A stretch of DNA of 50,785 nucleotides from Actinomycetota bacterium (GTDB lineage Bacteria > Actinomycetota > Acidimicrobiia > IMCC26256 > VFJJ01): NCBI GenBank assembly GCA_009886115.1, contig VFJJ01000064.1:1-50785 (forward strand), given 5' to 3'. A program made the position numbers and the translations under genes. How positions within the stretch are numbered: position 1 is the stretch's first letter; every line of letters begins with the position of its first letter. Below the pieces are notes generated by a model. That model did not search any database, was not told the DNA's origin, and saw only the letters and a list, made by a program, of their open reading frames with translations. Positions 26,885 through 40,441 of this stretch are shown here, in pieces.

Positions 26885-27577
26885 TCATCGCTGACACGAC
26901 GGGCACCAGTAGGTCATCCGTCGCTCGTCGCCCTGGCGGCGACCGCGGACGAGCGACGGCGTCCGGCAGCGCCGACAGGGTCGCCCGGCTCGGGCGTACA
27001 CCGCGACACGGCCGCTGGCGACCTGATCGTCCTCGACCGTCGTGCGGCTGACGGTGCCGAGGTTGAAGGCCAGCATCGTGGATGCCGTGCGGTACAAGGC
27101 TCGCAGCACGTCGTCGGTGATCCGGCTCACGGGCGCGAACGGATCGACCGCACAGGCGTGGCACACCTCCGACTTGTAGACGTTGCCGATGCCCGCGGCG
27201 ATCCGTTGGTCGAGCAGGGCCACCCCGATCTCGGTGTCGGTAGCAACCAAGCCCCGCAACCGCTCGACGGCCGTCTCGACGACGGCGTCCTCCGTGTCGA
27301 TCACGATCCGGGCGTTCGTCGGTGACCTCCGCCAGGTTTCGCCCGGCCGATACAGGTGCCAGCTCCCCGACCTCCGCATGTGGGTGTGCAGCACGAGCCC
27401 GTCGGAGAACGACACGAGGAGATGCTTGCCCCGGGCGCTCACGTCGACGACGGTCGTCCCGACGCTCGGTCTGATCCCGCTCGGATGGCGTGGAAGGTCG
27501 AATCGCAGCACCACCCGGCCGACGAGCACCGATCGCAGGGCGTCGGCGCTGCGGTGGATCGTGTCACCCTCGGGCAC
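26885..27577 (-). CDS. nei: Fpg/Nei family DNA glycosylase, apparently missing part of the interdomain linker
   Basis: PEGDTIHR, RGKHLL, ALLDQRIAAGIGNVYKSE (H2TH), zinc finger CRRC..YWCPSCQ; downstream of lhr. Confidence 0.9.
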   Translation of the reverse strand: MPEGDTIHRSADALRSVLVGRVVLRFDLPRHPSGIRPSVGTTVVDVSARGKHLLVSFSDGLVLHTHMRRSGSWHLYRPGETWRRSPTNARIVIDTEDAVVETAVERLRGLVATDTEIGVALLDQRIAAGIGNVYKSEVCHACAVDPFAPVSRITDDVLRALYRTASTMLAFNLGTVSRTTVEDDQVASGRVAVYARAGRPCRRCRTPSLVRGRRQGDERRMTYWCPSCQR

Positions 27578-27623
27578 CGGTCACCAGGTCTCGCACTCGG
27601 TCTCGGTCATGTCGTGGCTGCGG

Positions 27624-32366
<4,743 letters not shown>

Positions 32367-32450
32367 GGCCCCTCCACCGCTCCCATCCCCCGACGTGCGC
32401 ACCGGCTCACCCGTGACAATGGATCGGCGCCCAGAGGCGACCAGACCGGA

Positions 32451-33005
32451 TCAGGCCCACCCGTCGGCGTGATCGAGGAGGTACTGCGAGACCGTCAGAC
32501 AGCGGTCGAGGGTGGAGCAGTGCTGCTCCTCGCCTCGCAGTACCCGCACCAGCGACACCTGTTGGCGGGCGACGACGGTGAGCGACCGCTCGGAGGCGTC
32601 GGTGACCGACGGGAAGGAGTCGATGGCCGAGACCTCCAGCGGCAGCTCGGGGCCCCCGAGGCCGGCGAGCTCGGTGGCCACCACGAGCAGGTCGGGACCC
32701 GACTGCAGCGGCGGGAGGGCCCAGGTGAACGTGAGCGGGAAGTAGAACTCGTCCGAGGGGAAATCGTCGTCGGGCAGGGCCAGCACGGCGTCCTCGAACG
32801 ACAGCAGCACCCGCGGATCGACCTCGAGGGCGAGGTGCAGGTCGACCGGGCCCTCACAGGCGCTGTCGGGGTGGAGGTCGACCTCCCAAACCTGGCGGAG
32901 CGAATACGTCTCGAGGAAGTGGCGTTCGTCATGGACGTGGAAGCCGTGCTCGGTGACGTGATCCTTCATGTCGGCGACGTAGCCGGCGACGTCGATGACG
33001 GCCAA
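32451..33005 (-). CDS. Hypothetical acidic globular protein (184 aa)
   Basis: AGGAG RBS before TTG 33005; MAVIDVAGYVADMKDHVTEHGFHVHDERHFLETYS; host-like codon pattern; co-oriented upstream of lhr. Confidence 0.75.
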   Translation of the reverse strand: MAVIDVAGYVADMKDHVTEHGFHVHDERHFLETYSLRQVWEVDLHPDSACEGPVDLHLALEVDPRVLLSFEDAVLALPDDDFPSDEFYFPLTFTWALPPLQSGPDLLVVATELAGLGGPELPLEVSAIDSFPSVTDASERSLTVVARQQVSLVRVLRGEEQHCSTLDRCLTVSQYLLDHADGWA

Positions 33006-33153
33006 CGGGAGCTCCTGTCGTGATGTGCTGCCGCCAGGGTACGCGCCGATCCCGGTGAAGTCCTCGATGGCGGCCAACATGGCTCGTGAGCGAGCACGCG
33101 AGGGTCAGGCTCGGCCGGTGCCGGAACGGCCGGGAGACGGGTGGAACCGGGCG

Positions 33154-34308
33154 ATGAGCTTCGGTGTGTACGTCCATGTCCCGTTCTGCGCCCGGCGGTG
33201 CGACTACTGCGACTTCGCGACCTGGACCGATCGGGCGCACCTCATGGAGCGCTATGTCGACGCCTGCGTGAGCGACCTGGCGCACCGCATCGACGGCACG
33301 TTCGGCGATCCGCCGCCGGTCGCCACGAGCGTCTTCTTCGGGGGAGGCACACCGTCGCTGCTGCCCGCGGAGTTGCTCGTGCGGATCCTCGACGCCATTC
33401 CCCGGGCGCCCGACGCCGAGGTCTCCGTCGAGTGCAATCCCGACACGGTCGACGAGGCCAAGCTCGGCGTCTACCGGCGGGCGGGCGTGAACCGCCTCAG
33501 CTTCGGCGTCCAGTCGCTCGTGCCCCACGTGCTGGTCTCGCTCGGGCGCACCCACGACCGGGCCAACGTCGAGAACGCCGTTTCCGCGGCCCGGGCCGTC
33601 GGGTTCGAGACGTTCAACCTCGACCTGATCTACGGCGCTCACGGCGAGTCCCTCGCCGACTGGGAGTCGACCGTGTCGGGCATCCTCACGCTCGATCCGC
33701 CCCACGTGAGCGCGTACGGCCTCACGGTCGAGCCGGGCACGCCGCTCGATCGCCGCATCCGGCTGCACGAGATCGACGGACCCGACGACGACGACCAGGC
33801 CGACAAGTACGTCCTCGGCGACGATCTGCTCGTCGCGGCCGGGCTGGAGAGCTACGAGATCTCGAACTGGGCCCGTCGGGGCCACGCCTGCCGGCACAAC
33901 CAGCTCTACTGGGAGCAGGGCGAGTATCTGGGGATCGGCTGCGCGGCGCACGGCCACACCGAGGGACGCCGGTGGTGGACCCATCGGACCCCCGAGCGGT
34001 ACATCGACACCGTCGAGCGGGGCGATCTCCCCGAGGCGGGGAACGAACGCCTCGACGACCTCCGCACCCGCGAGGAGCGCCTGACCCTGGCGCTGCGCAC
34101 GAGCGTCGGCGCCCTGCTCGACGACCCTCGCTCGCCCGCCGTGGCGGCCCTGCTGAGCACCTATCGAGATGCCGGTCTGGTCGTGCTCGACGACCGTCGA
34201 CTGACGCTCACCCGCTCCGGTCGGCTCCTCGCCAACGAGATCACCGCGTCACTGATGAGCGCACACGCCAGCAGCCCCTCCCCAGGGGGTCAGAGCGCCG
34301 GCCGGTAG
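33154..34308 (+). CDS. hemW: Radical SAM heme chaperone HemW (HemN-like)
   Basis: YVHVPFCARRCDYCDF, FFGGGTPS, NLDLIYG, YEISNWA, CRHNQLYW, YLGIGCAAH; upstream of hrcA. Confidence 0.92.
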   Translation: MSFGVYVHVPFCARRCDYCDFATWTDRAHLMERYVDACVSDLAHRIDGTFGDPPPVATSVFFGGGTPSLLPAELLVRILDAIPRAPDAEVSVECNPDTVDEAKLGVYRRAGVNRLSFGVQSLVPHVLVSLGRTHDRANVENAVSAARAVGFETFNLDLIYGAHGESLADWESTVSGILTLDPPHVSAYGLTVEPGTPLDRRIRLHEIDGPDDDDQADKYVLGDDLLVAAGLESYEISNWARRGHACRHNQLYWEQGEYLGIGCAAHGHTEGRRWWTHRTPERYIDTVERGDLPEAGNERLDDLRTREERLTLALRTSVGALLDDPRSPAVAALLSTYRDAGLVVLDDRRLTLTRSGRLLANEITASLMSAHASSPSPGGQSAGR

Positions 34309-34396
34309 ACTCACCGTCCCGTCGGATCAACCGACCGGAGTCCCGATGGATGATCTCAACTGGTTCAACGATCGAACTGCGGCCGAACCACGCGCC

Positions 34397-35470
34397 ATGG
34401 ACGCCCGTAAGGCGTCGATCCTCAAGGCGATCGTGGAGGAGTACATCGCGACCGCACAGCCCGTGGCGTCCCAACACATCGCCCGGACGCGAACGTTGGG
34501 CGTGTCGAGCGCGACGGTCCGCAACGACATGACCGTCCTCGAACGCGACGGCTACCTCGTGCAGCCCCACACCAGCGCCGGGCGCGTGCCCACCGACAAG
34601 GGCTACCGGTTCTTCGTCGACCAGCTCGGCACACCCGATCCCGCGATGGTCCCGCAGTTCGAAGAGGTCGCCGGCTTCTTCGCCCGGGCGCAACGGGCGC
34701 TCGAGGACACGCTCCACGAGACGTCGCTGCTCCTGTCGCGCATCACCGATCACACGGCGGTCGTCATCGGGCCCCAAGCCGAGAAGGCGCGTGTCCGCTC
34801 GGTGCAGCTCGTGCCGCTCACAGCGCACGTCGTCCTCGCCGTCGTCGTCCTCTCGAACGGGGCGGTCGAGAAGGCAGCCGTCGACGTCGCCGAGCCTCTC
34901 AGCGACGCCACGGTGGCCACGGCGGCCCGGGCGCTCGATGCGCTCCTCACCGGTGGGGTCCTCTCCGAGATCGAGATCCTCCCGCCCGCTCCCGCGGCGA
35001 CCGAGGCTGACACCGCACCCGCGACCGCCTCGGGGCGCCGGGCCGCCGTCAGCTCGACGGGCGACGCCGAGGCCGACCTGCTCGTCACCAGGATCGCCGA
35101 GGCCCTGTCGCAGCACGCCCGCGACGCCGGCGAGCCGGTCTATGTGGGAGGCGCCTCGCGCATCGCCGCCGAGCGCCCGGATTTCACCGCCGCCGACACG
35201 GTCTCGCGTGTGCTCGAGATGCTCGAGCGCCAGTACGTGGTGGTCACGCTGGTGCGCGACCTCATCGATGCCGGCCTGACCGTCCGCATCGGAGCCGAGA
35301 ACGACCTCGCCGAGCTACGCGAGTGCTCCGTTGTGCTCGCCCCGTACGAGATCGAGGGCGAGCAGGCGGGCATGGTGGGCGTGCTCGGCCCGACGCGCAT
35401 GAACTACCCGCAGGCCATCTCGGCCGTGGCCGTCGTGTCGCAGCGGCTGGGCCGCCACCTCTCACGCTGA
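34397..35470 (+). CDS. hrcA: Heat-inducible transcription repressor (start may be 34346)
   Basis: ILKAIVEEYIATAQPVAS, SSATVRNDM, QPHTSAGRVPTDKGYRFFVD, GVLGPTRMNY. Confidence 0.97.
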   Translation: MDARKASILKAIVEEYIATAQPVASQHIARTRTLGVSSATVRNDMTVLERDGYLVQPHTSAGRVPTDKGYRFFVDQLGTPDPAMVPQFEEVAGFFARAQRALEDTLHETSLLLSRITDHTAVVIGPQAEKARVRSVQLVPLTAHVVLAVVVLSNGAVEKAAVDVAEPLSDATVATAARALDALLTGGVLSEIEILPPAPAATEADTAPATASGRRAAVSSTGDAEADLLVTRIAEALSQHARDAGEPVYVGGASRIAAERPDFTAADTVSRVLEMLERQYVVVTLVRDLIDAGLTVRIGAENDLAELRECSVVLAPYEIEGEQAGMVGVLGPTRMNYPQAISAVAVVSQRLGRHLSR

Positions 35471-35527
35471 GCCCGACCGGTCAGCCAACGTACGGAGACC
35501 GACGCAGCCGGCTCGCCCTCGCCTCGC

Positions 35528-35601
35528 GGTGGACAACGCTGTGGGAAACCGGTGGAAACCTTGGGGACGACCGAGAAACTCTGAGGACAACCTGAGGATT
35601 T
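35528..35601. repeat. Array of six co-oriented degenerate DnaA-box-like 9-mers
   Basis: GGTGGACAA 35528, TGTGGGAAA 35540, GGTGGAAAC 35551, TGGGGACGA 35562, TGAGGACAA 35582, TGAGGATTT 35593, compared with the actinobacterial box TGTGGACAA. Confidence 0.5.
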
Positions 35602-36003
35602 CGCGAATTCCCCTTGACCTCTTTGTGTCGATCGAGCAGTGTGCGGCGCACGGGGCACGGCAACGGTCCCGGATCCCAAGAATGAGCGGAGCCGATCCGG
35701 CGAGAGCCGAAACGGTGAAGCAGGGTCAGGGGTTCCGGGCATCGGGCCGGGTCGACCGAGCTGTGTCGGGTGCGACCCGAGGGTGGACTGGGCTGTGGTG
35801 TCGCGAGATGCCGTGCCGGACCTGTCCGAGGGCGCGTGCGCGAGGCGGTCTTCGGTCTGGGCTCGTCCTCCGGGACGCCCTCCGCATCGAGAGCCCCAGG
35901 GAGTACGGCAGGCTCACGCCGCGTCGGCTACCTGGGGCTCTTGTGCGTCGTCGAGGCCTCGCTGATCGACCGACGGGTCGGGGCCGGTAATCTCGGGGCT
36001 TCC

Positions 36004-37110
36004 ATGGCTGACTACTACGAACTCCTCGGGGTCGATCGCGACGCCCCCAACGACGAGATCAAGCGCGCGTATCGCACGATGGCCCGCCAGTTCCATCCCG
36101 ATGTCGCAGGCGACGATCCCACGGCCGAGGCTCGGTTCAAGGAGATCGCGGTCGCGTACGAGACGTTGAGCGATCCCGAGAAGCGTCGGCGTTACGACAT
36201 GTTCGGCGAGGGGGGGCCCGGCTCCGGCGGCTCCGACCCCTTCGGCGGCGGGCTCGGCGACATCTTCGACGTGTTCTTCGGCGGGAACGATCCCTTCGGC
36301 GGTCAACGCGGCCAGGCCGGTCCGCCCCGCGGGCAAGACGCCGAGATGGAGCTCGAGCTGACCCTCGAGGAAGCGGTGTTCGGCGTCACCCGCACCATCG
36401 AGGTCAGGATGCCCGTCGAGTGCGGGCGCTGCGACGGCAGCGGCTGCGAGCCGGGCACGCATCCCAGCATGTGCCACACCTGCAACGGCGAGGGCCAGGT
36501 CCGCCAGGTCAGGCGGACCCTGCTCGGCCAGATGGTGACCGCTCGGGCGTGCAGCGACTGCGGTGGTCTCGGCAAGACCGTGCAGAACCCCTGCACGGAG
36601 TGTCGGGGCGACGGTCGCGTCCAGGGGCTCCGTCGCCGCGACATCCAGATCCCTGCGGGGATCGACAACGGGCAGCGCCTGCGCAGCACCCGCAACGGTC
36701 CAGCCGCACCGCGAGGCGGCGTGGCGGGCGATCTGTACCTCCGCATCCGCGTGGCCCCGCACGAGCTCTACTCCCGTGAAGGCGACGATCTGGTGAGCAG
36801 GCTCGAGATCGCCATGACCCAGGCGGCCCTCGGCGCCAAGATCACGCTCGAGACCCTCGACGGTCCCGAGGAGCTCACGATCCCGGGGGGCACGCAACCG
36901 GGACGGGTGTTCAGGCTCAGGGGCCGCGGCGCCACCCAGCTCCAGGGGCGCGGACGCGGCGATCTCGTCGTCCACGTCGACGTCGTCATCCCCGAGAAGC
37001 TCGGCGCCGAGGAGGAAGACCTCGTGCGACGCCTGGCCGAGCTGCGCGGCGACGACGTCGCCCCGGCCGACCACGGTCTGCTCTCCAAGCTCAAGTCGGC
37101 GTTCAAGTAG
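36004..37110 (+). CDS. dnaJ: Chaperone DnaJ (hrcA-linked DnaJ2 type)
   Basis: MADYYELLGV, HPD motif, G/F-rich region, four CxxCxGxG repeats. Confidence 0.97.
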   Translation: MADYYELLGVDRDAPNDEIKRAYRTMARQFHPDVAGDDPTAEARFKEIAVAYETLSDPEKRRRYDMFGEGGPGSGGSDPFGGGLGDIFDVFFGGNDPFGGQRGQAGPPRGQDAEMELELTLEEAVFGVTRTIEVRMPVECGRCDGSGCEPGTHPSMCHTCNGEGQVRQVRRTLLGQMVTARACSDCGGLGKTVQNPCTECRGDGRVQGLRRRDIQIPAGIDNGQRLRSTRNGPAAPRGGVAGDLYLRIRVAPHELYSREGDDLVSRLEIAMTQAALGAKITLETLDGPEELTIPGGTQPGRVFRLRGRGATQLQGRGRGDLVVHVDVVIPEKLGAEEEDLVRRLAELRGDDVAPADHGLLSKLKSAFK

Positions 37111-37180
37111 TCGGCTCGTCGGCGTTCAAGGAGCCGGCGTCCGAGGACTCGGCGTTGACAGGAGTCGGCGTTGACAGGAG
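37095..37180. repeat. Short tandem repeats at the dnaJ 3' end
   Basis: GTCGGCGTTCAAG at 37095 and 37118; TCGGCGTTGACAGGAG at 37149 and 37165. Confidence 0.7.
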
Positions 37181-37236
37181 TAGGGGCGACCCTTCGGCAC
37201 CCTGCGGGCGAGGCCGGCGGAGAGCGGGGCGAGCTG

Positions 37237-38010
37237 ATGGATCGAACGCCGGACGGTCACCGTCCGCCCAGGTTCCCGGCCGACGTGGCCGCCGCGGCGC
37301 ACGTCGTGTGGACGACGGTCGCTCCCCAGGTCATGATCGACGGCGACGCCGGTCACCATCTCCGTCGTGTGCTGCGGTTGCGGATCGGCGAGGTGGTCAC
37401 GGTCGCCGACGGCACGGGGCGGTGGCGACCGTACCGGGTGGCCGATCTCGGTGAAGGCACCGTCACGCTGGCCTCCGACGGCGACCTCGAGGCCGAGCCC
37501 CCGCCGCGGCCCGCGATCACGGTGGCGTTCTCACTCACCAAACGCGACAAGCCCGAGCTGGTCGTCCAGAAGCTCACCGAGCTCGGCGTCGATCGGATCG
37601 TCCCCGTCGCCACCGATCGCAGCGTCGTCCGTTGGGACGAGCGCCACGCCGCGGCAGCGCTCGTCCGGCTGCGACGCGTCGCCCGAGAAGCCTGCGAGCA
37701 GTGCCGCCGGGCCCGGGTCCCCGAGGTCGCCGAGCTGACGTCGATCGCCGAGCTGTTGACGGAGCCGGGGCTCATCGTCGCGGACCGGGCGGGCGCATCG
37801 GTGCTCGATGTCGACCTGTCCGTCCACGAGGCCCACGGGTTGGTGGTGATCGTGGGTCCCGAGGGAGGTTTCAGCGCCGCTGAGAAGGGGTTACTGAGCG
37901 ACATTACGGTCGTCAGCCTCGGCGATCACGTCCTCCGAGCTGAGACTGCGGCGCTCGCGGTGGCAGCATGCTTGACCGCACAACGCGCGCGGTACTACAA
38001 CAGTGCGTGA
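37237..38010 (+). CDS. rsmE: 16S rRNA m3U1498 methyltransferase
   Basis: HHLRRVLRL, QKLTELGV, EACEQCRR, IVGPEGGFS, LGDHVLRAETA. Confidence 0.95.
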   Translation: MDRTPDGHRPPRFPADVAAAAHVVWTTVAPQVMIDGDAGHHLRRVLRLRIGEVVTVADGTGRWRPYRVADLGEGTVTLASDGDLEAEPPPRPAITVAFSLTKRDKPELVVQKLTELGVDRIVPVATDRSVVRWDERHAAAALVRLRRVAREACEQCRRARVPEVAELTSIAELLTEPGLIVADRAGASVLDVDLSVHEAHGLVVIVGPEGGFSAAEKGLLSDITVVSLGDHVLRAETAALAVAACLTAQRARYYNSA

Positions 38011-38122
38011 TTTCGACCGGAATGGTCGGGCGCGGGAATACTCGCTCGTGACAAGCAGTCTCAGGACGTCACAGAGGTCCTGCGTCGGGGGAGGGGCACA
38101 TGGGGGAAGGTACGAGGTGGCT

Positions 38123-38626
38123 ATGAGCGACGAAGAGCACGAGAATGCGGGCGGGATCTACGTCGGGGAGCGTCTCCGAGCGATCCGTCGGCAGAAGCGC
38201 CTGTCGTTGCAAGATGTCGAGGCGATGTCCGGTCAGGAGTTCAAGGCTTCGGTCCTCGGAGCCTACGAACGTGGCGAGCGTGCCATCTCGGTCCCGCGGC
38301 TGCTCCGGCTGGCCCACGTCTACGGTGTCCCGGCCGAGCAACTGCTCCCGCGAGCTGAAGACATCGACCTCACCGAGCCCCGTCGCATCGACCTCAGCCA
38401 GGGCTTCACCCTCGACCTCGTTCGTTTGCGCGAGGCCGATGGCGACGAGGTCCGTTTCATCGCCCGCTACGTCGACCGCGTGGCGCTCGCCCGGCAGGAC
38501 TTCAACGGGCGGGTCATGACGATCCGTTCCGACGATCTCCGGATCCTGGCCTGGGCCCTGGGTTCGAGTCCCGAGGAGCTGGCGAACCGCCTCGACACCT
38601 TGGGCCTTCGAGCGATGGCGGTGTGA
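38123..38626 (+). CDS. bldD: BldD-like XRE regulator with C-terminal c-di-GMP-binding signature
   Basis: GERLRAIRRQKRLSLQDVE..FKASVLGAYERGERAISVPRL..LAHVYGVP; C-terminal RQDFNGRVMTIRSDDLR matches RxD-X8-RxxD (cf. Streptomyces RGDYNGKVLSIRQDDLR). Confidence 0.88.
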   Translation: MSDEEHENAGGIYVGERLRAIRRQKRLSLQDVEAMSGQEFKASVLGAYERGERAISVPRLLRLAHVYGVPAEQLLPRAEDIDLTEPRRIDLSQGFTLDLVRLREADGDEVRFIARYVDRVALARQDFNGRVMTIRSDDLRILAWALGSSPEELANRLDTLGLRAMAV

Positions 38627-40038
38627 CGGCTCGCTCCGTCGCGTTGCACACGCTCGGATGTCGGCTCAACCAGGCCGAGTCCGAGGAGATCCTCGACGCC
38701 TTGGCACGCCAGGGCTTCCAGATCGCCGGTCGTCCCGGCCCCGACGGCGTCGCTCCCGCCGACGTCGTCGTGGTCAACACCTGCACCGTCACCCGTGAGT
38801 CGACCCGTTCGTCGCGTCAGCTCATCAACCGGGCGGTTCGACAGCATCCCGACGCCACCGTGGTGGTCACCGGGTGCTACGCCGTGGCCGAGCCTGCGGC
38901 CGTGGCGGCCATCCCGGGGGTCGATCTCGTCGTCGCCAACAAGGACAAGGCGATCCTGGCCGAGCGCCTCGCCGGGCTCGTGTCGTCGCCCATCGACGGG
39001 GAGCCGGTCGTGCTGGCTCCCCGTCGCGCCGAGGCTCGTACCTCGCTCAAGGTCCAGACCGGCTGCGACGAGGCCTGCACGTTCTGCATCGTGCCGGCCA
39101 CCCGCGGCGGCCTCGACTCGGTCGACGCCGATGAGATCGTCGCCCGGGCCGGCGACCTGGTGGCTCGAGGGGCCGGCGAGATCGTCGTCACCGGCGTGCA
39201 CCTCGCCCGCTACGGCGCCGACCAGGGCTCGTCCTGTGCCACGGGTGCCTCGGGTTCCCGCGGGCCGTTGGCTGAGCTGCTCGAGCGCCTGCTCGCCGTC
39301 GACGGGATCGTGCGGGTCCGGCTCTCGTCGATCGAGGCCGCGCATCTCCCCGATGCCGTCATCGACCTGATGCGCGACGAGCCCCGCCTGGCGCCGCACC
39401 TGCATCTCCCGTTGCAGTCGGGCAGCCCCGCGGTCTTCGCTCGCATGCGTCGTCCGGGTTCGCTCGATCGCCACGTCGCCGTGGCCGAGCGGGCCCTGAG
39501 CGAGGTTCCGGGGCTGGCGCTCACGACCGACGTGCTCGTGGGCTTCCCGGGCGAGACCGACGCCGAGTTTGCCGAGACGGTCGCCCTGATCGAGCGCCTC
39601 CGGTACGCCAAGCTCCACGTCTTCCGGTTCTCGGGACGCGACGGCACTCCGGCGTCGACCATGGACGGCCAGGTCCCCGACGCCGTGGTCAGGCGACGGG
39701 CTGCTGCGCTGCGGCTTCTCGGCGACCGGATGCGCCTCGAGTTCGTGGCCGACCAGTGTCGACGCGGCCCCCTCGAGGTGCTCGTCGAGGAGGCCCGACC
39801 GGGTCCTACCGCGCCCACGCTGCGCGGAACGACCGGGAACTTCGTGCGGGTCGACGCACCGGGCCCCGCCGGGTTGATCGGACGGCTCGTGCGGGTCGTG
39901 GCTGAGGAGGCGACGATCACCGCCGACGGGGTGGCCGGCGTGCTGGTCGATCATCCCGGCGACGACCGGTCACAGCGAGAATTCGCGGAGCTGCTCGACA
40001 TGAGCCGTCCCGGCGTCGAATACGCTGGGCCTCGATGA
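38623..40038 (+). CDS. mtaB: tRNA methylthiotransferase, MtaB-like
   Basis: TLGCRLNQAES, VNTCTVT, VTGCYA, LKVQTGCDEACTFCIVP..RG, HLHLPLQSGS, LHVFRFS.RDGTPA. Confidence 0.88.
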   Translation: MTARSVALHTLGCRLNQAESEEILDALARQGFQIAGRPGPDGVAPADVVVVNTCTVTRESTRSSRQLINRAVRQHPDATVVVTGCYAVAEPAAVAAIPGVDLVVANKDKAILAERLAGLVSSPIDGEPVVLAPRRAEARTSLKVQTGCDEACTFCIVPATRGGLDSVDADEIVARAGDLVARGAGEIVVTGVHLARYGADQGSSCATGASGSRGPLAELLERLLAVDGIVRVRLSSIEAAHLPDAVIDLMRDEPRLAPHLHLPLQSGSPAVFARMRRPGSLDRHVAVAERALSEVPGLALTTDVLVGFPGETDAEFAETVALIERLRYAKLHVFRFSGRDGTPASTMDGQVPDAVVRRRAAALRLLGDRMRLEFVADQCRRGPLEVLVEEARPGPTAPTLRGTTGNFVRVDAPGPAGLIGRLVRVVAEEATITADGVAGVLVDHPGDDRSQREFAELLDMSRPGVEYAGPR

Positions 40039-40418
40039 GCGCACCGGGCCAGAACGGATCACCCTGCCTGTTCTGTCGGATCGTGGCGGGAGAGATCGCA
40101 TCCGAACGGGTTCACGAGACCCCGACCACGTTGGCCTTCCGAGACGTGAACCCGCAGGCGCCGGTGCACGTGTTGGTGATCCCCAAGGTGCACGTGGCCC
40201 ATGCGCACGCGCTCGGCGACGACTCGGATGGACTCGTCGGCGAGCTGTTCGCGTCGATTCGTCAGGTCGCGTCGCTCGAGGGTCTGGCTGGGGCCGACGG
40301 GGTGGGGGAGCCTGGGTACCGGGTCGTCGCCAACGTGGGTACCAACGGCGGGATGAGCGTGCCCCATCTCCACTTCCATGTGCTCGGCGCCAGGAGGCTG
40401 CTATGGCCGCCGGGCTAG
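40035..40418 (+). CDS. HIT family nucleotide-binding protein
   Basis: CLFCRIVAGEI, AFRDVNPQAPVHVLVIPK, VPHLHFHVLG, WPPG. Confidence 0.95.
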   Translation: MSAPGQNGSPCLFCRIVAGEIASERVHETPTTLAFRDVNPQAPVHVLVIPKVHVAHAHALGDDSDGLVGELFASIRQVASLEGLAGADGVGEPGYRVVANVGTNGGMSVPHLHFHVLGARRLLWPPG

Positions 40419-40441
40419 ACGGTCCATCAGCCACCTTGAGC

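Noticed and set aside
32367..32450. LexA box or PafBC (RecA-NDp) promoter upstream of lhr
   Set aside because: TTGTCAC is present on the minus strand but lacks a properly spaced TAnnnT, and there is no GAAC-N4-GTTC.
34309..36003. CIRCE operator upstream of hrcA or dnaJ
   Set aside because: No TTAGCACTC-N9-GAGTGCTAA-like inverted repeat was found by eye.
35471..36003. Chromosomal oriC
   Set aside because: No dnaA/dnaN context, no clear AT-rich unwinding element, and weak boxes; reported only as a box-like cluster.
37095..37180. CRISPR array
   Set aside because: Units are about 16 nt and adjacent, with no unique spacers and no cas genes in the window.
37990..38122. BldD autoregulatory box
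   Set aside because: The best candidates have two or more mismatches to an already degenerate consensus.
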